Positions 17,987 to 25,993 of a stretch of DNA of 64,000 bases are shown here, piece after piece. A program made the translations under genes and the position numbers. The notes below the pieces were generated by a model. That model was given only the letters and a program-made list of their open reading frames with translations, was not told where the DNA came from and did no database searches. The DNA is from Candidatus Uhrbacteria bacterium (GTDB lineage Bacteria; Patescibacteriota; Patescibacteriia; JACQRZ01). Numbering within the stretch: the first letter of the stretch is position 1; each line of letters begins with the position of its first letter. The DNA lies in contig JACQSC010000002.1 in the NCBI GenBank assembly GCA_016206155.1, positions 143,473 through 207,472 of the forward strand, in the 5' to 3' direction.

Positions 17987-20599
17987 CTTGATCAGCAACA
18001 ACTTCATGAGTTTGACAAGATTCAGAATTATTTAGATTCTTCCGCTATCAATCGTTATAGCCAAAATGGAGAACGATTTATAAGGTGGCCGAAGGGAAGT
18101 TACAGAGAGACCGGAAAGAGCGCTCTTTGCATAAATGGGAATTGTATTACCGAGTGGCCACCTCGTTTGAAAAATTTCGAATTAACTCTCGAAGGCGAGG
18201 ATTCAATGCAACGATATGTGGGCAGGTATTTTGTATTCGGACGAGTAGCAGCTCAGGATTATTATCGAGCTGGAGTTGTTTTGAAATACAATAACCAGTA
18301 CAAGCGATGGCTTGATCCTTCAACCGCTTCCCCGCCAGAAATTATTTATACAACGCCAGCATTTTCAGATACGGGGTATTCATTTGAGACATATTTAGGG
18401 CAATCCGTGGTTGGAAAAAGAAACTTTAATTATTTAAAATCGTCAAGGTATACCGATTTGAGCAATTTTGCTTGTAACAAGGTATCTACAAAGACAGAAT
18501 ATATTTACAATGATAAAGCACGATATATAAAATTTGAGGGCGGCAGAGACGAAGCAAGCTATCGCGGTTCGCTCACCTGTAAAATTCGTCACAAAAGTCC
18601 TATTGGCCTAGAGGCTGTTTATCCATTTGCTGTTGGAAAATTTGAATTGCCAGCTCCGAAAATACTTCAATTCAACGGAATACAGACTTCAGATGGAAAA
18701 CTTCAATTTTTTATCTTTGGTGACGGATACCAATTGACCGCTAAATATGTTGCAGAACTTGATTCGTCGGGACAGGAAAAGAAAGTCATTTTTGATTTGT
18801 TGAATGATCCGTTTGATTTGATGCATATCATTCCTTATCCCGCCGTAGAAACATCATATCGTTTTGTTATAAAAAATTCAGCTGGTGTCGTAACAGCGGA
18901 ATTTTCAAAGAGGCCAAATTATTACGGTCCATGGAGACCGGGCCCTCGATGGGCGACCGACACGCTTGATGATGGGCTAAGGGAGTGGTATAGTTCAGTT
19001 CGCTCATATCAAAGCGTTATAGATGAATTGGCTAATCCACCAAAAGAGAGGAAAGCAAGGGAGGATTCTTCGGAGCGCAACACAAGACAAAAAACAAAAA
19101 TTCAAAGCATTATCAGCAATGTAGGCAGTGGAATCACGTATTACGGACAAAATATTCAAGACATGTCGTATATTCATGATCCAGAGGTTGCTTTCGAGGA
19201 TACGTACACAGATCACCTTGTAGACTCCCTTCCTCCTTGCAGTCCAAAACCAAACCCGCTCTTAATTCAAGAGGCCTACCCAGATCTTTCAGAATTTTAT
19301 CCGGCATATCGCTGTTTTGGTAAAGCAAAACATTGTCTTGACGTGCTGCCGGATTGTCATATATCAGCTGTTAATATAACTGATATATTTAATTTAGATC
19401 AAATACATGCGAAAGATCTTCAAAATGAAGCGTTCATAGTAGAGTCTTGTGGTTTTTGGAGCTCCAATGAAAACAAATTAAAGCATCCTGATCTTGGACG
19501 ACGATGGTTATGGGACCCGAAGCGAAAATATCTTGTAAAAGATAATCCAGTTCAGACGAAAGTACGAGAAGTGCGTTGTGAAGATGGCGTGGTAGATACA
19601 CAGTATACGTATTCAAGCGTTCGCGGACCTAAAGTTAAATACGAATGCGGCCTTATGGATTCACGGTGCAGGGAGGGCGGGGTACGATCGCGCATGGAAA
19701 TCGCGAGAGAGTTAAAATCGCGTTCCATAGAAATTCCGACAGAATCGCCGACTTCGATTAAACAACAAGGAAAGCCAATCAATGCTGAGTCAACAGGCAG
19801 TGAGTGGGTTGATTGCTCGAAAACCCCTGAAGGGTGTAATAAATTTGTTCCAGATGATATAAATGACAATGCTGGCCATCTTTATCATTCTGAAGGGCAT
19901 TCAAATGATGGCATTCGTGATTTTCAGCGTCGCCTGAATGAGGCGCGCAGGGATGGTTCTGGAACCCATCCGATTGATCTTTATAATCCCCAAACACAAA
20001 AACAATATGTTGAATCAAATACAGGAGTTGTCACAAAGGAAGAGGCGGAATCTATCTATGGTAGTACAACTTCTGAGCAGCGTGAAGAAATCATTGACAA
20101 GGCAAAAGAGAAAAGAACCGATAGCGCGTTTAGTGTTGCGTCAATTATAGGCCAGAAGAAATGCAAGACTGACTTTCCATACGGCATCTTCCATGTGTGT
20201 TATTTTTCCGGGATAAACGCACCGATGACTGACGCGTCGGTCATTTTACAACAGCCTGAATGGAACGTGCCAGGTCCCATAAAAACAGGAGTGTTGATGG
20301 ATAATAGCTGGGGGACGGGGGTTATCAGTGCGACCAAGAGAACAGATGACATATCTGGCGTCTGGCGCGGACAATTTTTGTTTGAAAAGGGAACTTATTC
20401 ATTTTTCACGGTTGCAGATGATGGTGTTGAGGTTTGGTTTGACGATACCATGATTATTCAAAATTGGGCTGATCACGGAGAGACAGAAAACCGATCATCC
20501 CCTATTTTTCTTGATGGAGGATTTCATACCATTATGGTTCGATGGTACGAAAAAAACGGAGGGACTCGCTTGTTACTGCGAACCGAATTTATTCAGTAA
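17897..20599 (+). CDS. secreted protein with C-terminal PA14-like domain (900 aa)
   Basis: Signal peptide MKIRIYIFIPIFFLIIVNSVEA followed by a CINGDC / CINGNC motif. The C-terminal segment GVWRGQFLFEKGTYSFFTVADDGVEVWFDDTMIIQNWADHGETENRSSPIFLDGGFHTIMVRWYEKNGGTRLLL matches the PA14 pattern (Y.F...DDG..L.ID......NW.DHG.......L.AG.H.I.V.Y.E.GG.A.L.L). Confidence 0.8.
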   Translation: MKIRIYIFIPIFFLIIVNSVEATICINGDCLDQQQLHEFDKIQNYLDSSAINRYSQNGERFIRWPKGSYRETGKSALCINGNCITEWPPRLKNFELTLEGEDSMQRYVGRYFVFGRVAAQDYYRAGVVLKYNNQYKRWLDPSTASPPEIIYTTPAFSDTGYSFETYLGQSVVGKRNFNYLKSSRYTDLSNFACNKVSTKTEYIYNDKARYIKFEGGRDEASYRGSLTCKIRHKSPIGLEAVYPFAVGKFELPAPKILQFNGIQTSDGKLQFFIFGDGYQLTAKYVAELDSSGQEKKVIFDLLNDPFDLMHIIPYPAVETSYRFVIKNSAGVVTAEFSKRPNYYGPWRPGPRWATDTLDDGLREWYSSVRSYQSVIDELANPPKERKAREDSSERNTRQKTKIQSIISNVGSGITYYGQNIQDMSYIHDPEVAFEDTYTDHLVDSLPPCSPKPNPLLIQEAYPDLSEFYPAYRCFGKAKHCLDVLPDCHISAVNITDIFNLDQIHAKDLQNEAFIVESCGFWSSNENKLKHPDLGRRWLWDPKRKYLVKDNPVQTKVREVRCEDGVVDTQYTYSSVRGPKVKYECGLMDSRCREGGVRSRMEIARELKSRSIEIPTESPTSIKQQGKPINAESTGSEWVDCSKTPEGCNKFVPDDINDNAGHLYHSEGHSNDGIRDFQRRLNEARRDGSGTHPIDLYNPQTQKQYVESNTGVVTKEEAESIYGSTTSEQREEIIDKAKEKRTDSAFSVASIIGQKKCKTDFPYGIFHVCYFSGINAPMTDASVILQQPEWNVPGPIKTGVLMDNSWGTGVISATKRTDDISGVWRGQFLFEKGTYSFFTVADDGVEVWFDDTMIIQNWADHGETENRSSPIFLDGGFHTIMVRWYEKNGGTRLLLRTEFIQ

Positions 20600-20606
20600 G
20601 TCGTCT

Positions 20607-22163
20607 ATGAGCGAAAAAACCAGAAAGTTTGAAAAAGCTGTGGTAGCTCTTGGTGCGGTAGGAGCGCTTCAATTTATCCAGCAGGATGCTCGCGCGGAAA
20701 GCGTTCGCCATCCAGTATCACAACAATTTGAATTAACCTACCAAGAGCGCGAAGGCGGAGAGCCGATCATTATTCGATTCCAATCTCCGAAAAATTTCGG
20801 ACATGAACAAGCTGACGAAACAGTAGACGATCATCCACTAATAAGAAAAATGAAAGAGACTGATGTATTTATTCATCATGTGAACGGATCTATCCTAGAC
20901 AGGAAACAATTTAGAGCATCAATCATTGAACGCATTCCCTCGATAAAGCAGCGATTGCGCATACCGGAACAAAATATTTCCCCACGAGAAAGTATTAAGC
21001 TCGGGGAATATATCATAAAGCAAGACCTTAGGTATGATTATTCTAGTGTTTATCCGTCCGACAGTGACGCGAGGAAGCGATCGGAAATTATTGACATCAC
21101 GCCAGTAGATCAGCTTCGCGGGAAGGGAGTTGTATGTCGCCATGCCGCGGTATATTTTTCGAAAACGCTTGAAGAGATTATTCAATCTGAAGCTCAACAC
21201 TCTCCCCAGGTACGCGGAATGTCAGTTGATGAACTTAGTGGTGATGTTAGACACGCGCTGAATAGTGTTCATAGAATATATCGGAAGGATGGTAAAACAA
21301 TTTTTGAGATAACGCCAATAGATATAACTCCTTCTGAGCGTAAAGAATTTCGGGTTGATACAGAACAGACAGTAACGAAACCCGCGGAAAGGATTTTATC
21401 GTTTCTTCGTCTCCATATTTTTCCTTTCGTGTCGTCAGAGTATATCTTCGCTAGTTTACGTTCTTTTTTTTCCGAAGTCATGCCACATGATGAAAAACTG
21501 TATGCCGTCAATGAGGCATATGAAATCTACCGCGATTCAGTGGAAGCGTTGAAAAAAAACGCACATCATGAGATACCATCACTTTTTTCTTCGGCAGTTC
21601 TATTTTTTGATGATATTCACGCTGGAGCTGTTCAAAAAAAGGACTGGGGTATAGTGTTGGCGGTTCAGGACGTTCTATATCAAATATTTCGTTCGCATGC
21701 AAATGATTTTTCAGATGTCAATAAAGCTCTTGCAATATACAAGGATAGGATTGCGCAAACAGCATCATCGGAGAATATGCGACAGATTCACGCATACTCT
21801 TGCTATGGAGACGCGCTACGAAGGTATGGACGGCCTGGCGAAAGTCTTGATGCTATGGAACGCGCATATATAATTAGCAGAATGGTGGAGTATTGGAAAT
21901 ATCATGTTGAAATAGGTATGGCATACGCTGATTTTTTAGGTGATGCCGGAATGAGAAAAGAAGCCCTTGCAATTTTGCGTGAGCTTTTTGAGTATTTTCA
22001 AAAGCTCCCGAAAAATGGAGCACTTGCAATCGGTTATCATAATGAGATCTATGAGAACGGTGAATATAAGAAGATTGAACCATTTGCGTCGCGCGAGAAT
22101 TTTGAACGATATGTTGAGCACAAAAAGAGGGGGTGGGAATCCAAAGCAAAATCACGAGATTAA
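20607..22163 (+). CDS. transglutaminase-like cysteine peptidase superfamily protein (paralog B), secreted
   Basis: The track ORF 20511 overlaps the upstream gene by 89 nt. The start was moved to M33 (atg 20607), 8 nt after the upstream stop. Signal-like N-terminus KTRKFEKAVVALGAVGALQFIQQDARA. Core G-K-G-V-V-C-R-H-A-A-V-Y-F is a paralog of CRHYAAAF in 7911..9683. Helical C-terminal half. Confidence 0.65.
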   Translation: MSEKTRKFEKAVVALGAVGALQFIQQDARAESVRHPVSQQFELTYQEREGGEPIIIRFQSPKNFGHEQADETVDDHPLIRKMKETDVFIHHVNGSILDRKQFRASIIERIPSIKQRLRIPEQNISPRESIKLGEYIIKQDLRYDYSSVYPSDSDARKRSEIIDITPVDQLRGKGVVCRHAAVYFSKTLEEIIQSEAQHSPQVRGMSVDELSGDVRHALNSVHRIYRKDGKTIFEITPIDITPSERKEFRVDTEQTVTKPAERILSFLRLHIFPFVSSEYIFASLRSFFSEVMPHDEKLYAVNEAYEIYRDSVEALKKNAHHEIPSLFSSAVLFFDDIHAGAVQKKDWGIVLAVQDVLYQIFRSHANDFSDVNKALAIYKDRIAQTASSENMRQIHAYSCYGDALRRYGRPGESLDAMERAYIISRMVEYWKYHVEIGMAYADFLGDAGMRKEALAILRELFEYFQKLPKNGALAIGYHNEIYENGEYKKIEPFASRENFERYVEHKKRGWESKAKSRD

Positions 22164-22188
22164 TTGATTTGGAAAAAAATACGAACAA

Positions 22189-22494
22189 AACCATATACTT
22201 TCCAGCCGCTCTTGTTGCGTTGAAGTAACGTTTTCTGCCCGCCATTTTATAATGAGGCAAAAAAGGTTGACACAATTTTAAACTAAGGTCGAATATTGTA
22301 GTAATACATTCTGATCGCTTAATCAAAGAAGATATTAGTGATACCGAACGGGTGCACGACCTTTCGTTACTCCAAGAGCTCGCTGCGCTTCTTCCGGAAC
22401 GGGCAAGCTGCCGCCTCTCATTAAACAATCTGCGAGAGGATCTTGGAGTTGCGCATAAGTGTAAGGAGGGAAAACGGTGACTGTCACCGTTTTT
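22189..22494 (+). pseudogene. decayed copy of the ATPase gene: promoter/5'UTR + 137-bp internal fragment + stop/terminator
   Basis: Compared directly. 22189..22310 matches 16434..16560, 22312..22459 matches 17149..17289, and 22460..22494 matches 17747..17795 (with one internal repeat unit missing). Confidence 0.85.
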
Positions 22495-22588
22495 TTCCTG
22501 TCACCGTTTTTTTGCCGTTTTTTTGTGAACTAGCGTTGAAAATTCCGATGTGGTATAGTAATAATTGAATCAGGTTGATGCAATTATT

Positions 22589-24280
22589 ATGACACCTATT
22601 GAAAAGAAGGAGAGTGATCTTCTGGTCGAGCATGACATCGTTTCAAAGGACGATATAGCCGCAGCTAAGGAAGAGGGGGAAAAGCAAAACAAGCCCTTCT
22701 TCGACGCACTGCTTGCGCGCACAAAACTCACAGAGGAAAAAATCGGCACAGCGTTGTCCAAAGCGCTTGGAAGTTCGTTCTGCAATCTCAAAGCAGAACA
22801 TGTTGATGAGGGCGTATTCCATCTCATCCCGCAGGTTGTTGCCGCATCGCGCGGTATCATTGCGTTTGGACGTGAAAAAGAGGGAATCTCGGTGGGTATG
22901 ATCGATCCGCGCGATCTTGAAATGCGCCATTTTCTTGAGAAGCGTCTTAGCGAGCCAATCATCCCATGCGTGATTACTCTCGGCGGATTATCAAAAGCGC
23001 TCAAGGAGTACAAGGGCAGTTTAGCCGAGGCATTTAAGAACATCTATCAGCGCATCAAGGATACGACGCTCTCGCGCGAGCAGCGCGACAGCGCGACAGT
23101 GGAGCTTGTTGACGTGATTGTACGCCATGGGTATATAAATCGCGTATCAGATATCCACATTGAGCCATTTTCGCGAAAAATTCTTGTGCGTTTCCGCATC
23201 GATGGCGTCATGCACGATGTGCTTGAGATGCCAAAGGAGCTTTCCGACCTCATTGTCACGCGCATTAAAATTCTCTCGCGCATGCGCACTGACGAGCATC
23301 GCGCGGCGCAGGATGGCAAGTTTCGCTTTACCGCCGATGGCGAGCAAATAGATGTGCGCGTGTCGGTTGTTCCGGTAACATACGGAGAAAATATCGTCAT
23401 GCGTCTTCTTTCGACAAAGGCGCAGCAATTTAACTTGAGCGATCTTGGATTTGCGGAGCAAGATTTGAAAAAAGTTCAACGCGCGATCAAAAAACCCTAC
23501 GGCATGGTGCTTGTCACCGGACCGACCGGAAGCGGCAAAACTACAACCGTCTATGCGTTTCTTAAAATTTTGAACAAGCGTGATGTTCACATCATCACGA
23601 TTGAGGATCCCGTCGAGTACGACATAGAAGGCGTGACACAGATACAGGTTGATCCAAAGACAAATCTGACCTTTGCCAAGGGGCTGCGCGCGATTGTGCG
23701 CCAAGACCCCGACACGATCATGGTGGGCGAGATTCGCGATGCGGAGACGGCTGGTATTGCGGTAAATTCCGCCATGACCGGACACTTGGTCCTCTCAACT
23801 CTGCACGCAAATGATTCCGCAACGACATTGCCGCGCATGCTTGATATGGGTATAGAGCCTTTTCTTTTGGCGACAACAGTCAACATCGTTGTCGCCCAGA
23901 GGCTGGTCAGAAAAATTTGCGAGAAGTGCCGCGAGTCGTATACGATTACAACCGAGGAGAAGCGGCTGCTTGAGGAGGAGCCGATGTTAAAGGAAAAGAT
24001 CATCGCCCGCGGGACAAAAGCAATTGCGCAGGTGCGGTGGTATCACGGGAAGGGCTGTGGAGCGTGCAGCCACACGGGCTACCGAGGACGTCTTGGCATC
24101 TACGAAGTCATGGAGCTGTCTGAAAAAACGCGAGAGGCCATATTGCGCAGGGCTCCAAGCGAGGAGCTGATGGAACTAGCGGTTAAGGAAGGGATGACGA
24201 CGATGCTTGATGATGGGCTTGAGAAGATATTCCTTGGCACAACAACGCTGCACGAAGTAATCCGCGTAACGAGAACGTAA
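22589..24280 (+). CDS. pilB: type IV pilus assembly ATPase PilB (GspE family)
   Basis: Walker A GPTGSGKTT and Asp/His boxes (MVGEIRD). GspE N-terminal domain present. C4 zinc cluster CEKC...CGAC. The track ORF starts at TTG 22565, and the first ATG is at 22589. Confidence 0.9.
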   Translation: MTPIEKKESDLLVEHDIVSKDDIAAAKEEGEKQNKPFFDALLARTKLTEEKIGTALSKALGSSFCNLKAEHVDEGVFHLIPQVVAASRGIIAFGREKEGISVGMIDPRDLEMRHFLEKRLSEPIIPCVITLGGLSKALKEYKGSLAEAFKNIYQRIKDTTLSREQRDSATVELVDVIVRHGYINRVSDIHIEPFSRKILVRFRIDGVMHDVLEMPKELSDLIVTRIKILSRMRTDEHRAAQDGKFRFTADGEQIDVRVSVVPVTYGENIVMRLLSTKAQQFNLSDLGFAEQDLKKVQRAIKKPYGMVLVTGPTGSGKTTTVYAFLKILNKRDVHIITIEDPVEYDIEGVTQIQVDPKTNLTFAKGLRAIVRQDPDTIMVGEIRDAETAGIAVNSAMTGHLVLSTLHANDSATTLPRMLDMGIEPFLLATTVNIVVAQRLVRKICEKCRESYTITTEEKRLLEEEPMLKEKIIARGTKAIAQVRWYHGKGCGACSHTGYRGRLGIYEVMELSEKTREAILRRAPSEELMELAVKEGMTTMLDDGLEKIFLGTTTLHEVIRVTRT

Positions 24281-24339
24281 GACTTTAAACTTTCAATTTT
24301 ATACTTTCGAAAAGAACAAGAACAAAGAAGGAACAGGGA

Positions 24340-25398
24340 ATGCTTACCATGTCGATAGGGGGGGTTTCCTTGGGTCAGCGCGCGCTTCTTGCGCGCCACC
24401 TGGCAATTATGCTGAAAGCGGGGCTTTCTCTCACTGAGTCGCTTGCAATCGCAAAGGATTCGGTCAAGGGGATGCTCAAAAACATTCTTGAAGACGTGTC
24501 GCGTTCAGTGACATCGGGTCGTTCGTTTGCCGACTCGCTTCTTGATCATCAGAGGCATTTTTCAGGGATATTTATCAGTGCGGTCAGAGCCGGAGAGGTG
24601 TCTGGCACACTTGAGATCAATCTGGAGCACTTGGCGGTTCAGCTGGAAAAAGATCGCGCAATTGCCTCAAAAGTAAAGGGCGCCATGCTGTATCCCATTA
24701 TAGTGCTGGTTGCAACATTTGGACTCGGTCTTGTGATTGCGTTCTTTGTACTTCCTCAAATTGTACCGCTGTTTATTGGGATGAAGGCGGAGCTCCCGAT
24801 TACCACGCGCATGCTTATCGCGTTTTCCGCGCTTATTCAAAACCACGGCAAGGCGCTGCTTCTCGGCATTGTGCTGGCAATTATTTTTCTATTCTGGCTT
24901 TCTCGCCAGCCGTTTGTAAAACCACTGACGCACGGGCTCTTGCTGCGCCTTCCAATCATCAGGCCAATTACGCAGGCGACCAATCTCGCGCGCTTCTCAC
25001 GGACGCTTGGTATGCTCCTTAAAAGCGGTCTGCGCATTGATGAGGCTATCGAGATTATGAAGACGACCCTTGGCAATGTGTATTACAAGCGCGCAATGAA
25101 CGAACTGGGCATGCGCGTGACAAAAGGCAGCACGTTGCATGAGATCCTCGAGCATCATCCAAACATTTTCCCGATGGTGCTCGTGCATATGGTTCGAGTT
25201 GGCGAGGAGTCCGGTAAACTCGACGAAACGCTTCTCTATCTTGGCGATTACTATGAATCAGAAGTCGATAACGCGACAAAAGCGCTTTCAACAATCATTG
25301 AGCCGCTGCTCCTTATCTTTATTGGCCTTGCGGTAGGTTTTCTCGCGCTCTCCATCATTACGCCGATCTATAATATCACCGGGGGAGTGAGGAGATAA
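24340..25398 (+). CDS. pilC: type IV pilus inner-membrane platform protein PilC (GspF family)
   Basis: GspF-type repeats and 3 TM segments. Lies directly downstream of pilB. Confidence 0.85.
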   Translation: MLTMSIGGVSLGQRALLARHLAIMLKAGLSLTESLAIAKDSVKGMLKNILEDVSRSVTSGRSFADSLLDHQRHFSGIFISAVRAGEVSGTLEINLEHLAVQLEKDRAIASKVKGAMLYPIIVLVATFGLGLVIAFFVLPQIVPLFIGMKAELPITTRMLIAFSALIQNHGKALLLGIVLAIIFLFWLSRQPFVKPLTHGLLLRLPIIRPITQATNLARFSRTLGMLLKSGLRIDEAIEIMKTTLGNVYYKRAMNELGMRVTKGSTLHEILEHHPNIFPMVLVHMVRVGEESGKLDETLLYLGDYYESEVDNATKALSTIIEPLLLIFIGLAVGFLALSIITPIYNITGGVRR

Positions 25399-25432
25399 CG
25401 TAATCCGTAATCCGTAACTTGTAACTTGTTCT

Positions 25433-25993
25433 ATGGGAAGATTGCGAGGCGTTATAAGACAAGGATTGTTACATATGGTCACATTGCTTGGAGGTCCTTG
25501 TACTAGTTACAGATTACGAGTTACGAGTTACGGTCTCGGGTTTACGCTCATCGAACTCCTCATTGCAATGGCATTGATGATTGTGCTTATCGGCGCGGCG
25601 GCGCCACTCTACAGCAACCTCCAGACAAGCAGCCAGCTCAATGAAAGCGCTGTTACTGTTGCAAGTACGCTTCGACTTGCGCGCACCCGGAGTGTTGCGC
25701 GGCAGAATAATAGCAGCTATGGAGTATATATTGAGGCGAATGCTGGCGGCGCTGATCGTCTCATTCTCTTTGCCGGTATATCCTATGCCGCGAGGAATCC
25801 CGCCTATGACCGGATCACAACATTTGACAGCGCGCTTTCTGTGACGCCCATGCTTTCGGGCGGTGTGACGGAAATCGTATTTTCACGAGCAACAGGCGTC
25901 CCGTCGGCGACAGGAACGATCGGCATTTCGCATGCCACAACGGGAAGCCGTTCTGTTTCAATAAATGCGCTTGGCGCAGTTGATTATGATTGA
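25433..25993 (+). CDS. prepilin-type N-terminal cleavage/methylation domain protein (pseudopilin-like, 186 aa)
   Basis: G|FTLIELLIAMALMIVL class III signal motif. The leader is unusually long; an alternative ATG lies at 25475. The leader-coding region contains 7-mer tandem repeats and one arm of an inverted repeat. Confidence 0.7.
   Translation: MGRLRGVIRQGLLHMVTLLGGPCTSYRLRVTSYGLGFTLIELLIAMALMIVLIGAAAPLYSNLQTSSQLNESAVTVASTLRLARTRSVARQNNSSYGVYIEANAGGADRLILFAGISYAARNPAYDRITTFDSALSVTPMLSGGVTEIVFSRATGVPSATGTIGISHATTGSRSVSINALGAVDYD

Noticed and set aside
20511-20606. Long 5' extension of TGase-B overlapping the PA14 gene by 89 nt
   Set aside because: The extension has no signal peptide and overlaps heavily. 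ATG 20607, right after the upstream stop, gives a signal-peptide-like N-terminus.
608-22500. Prophage or integrative element interpretation of the accessory region
   Set aside because: No integrase, transposase, terminase, capsid or portal gene was recognised. The tail-fibre-like protein stands alone, so the region is described as a recombination-scarred surface-protein locus.
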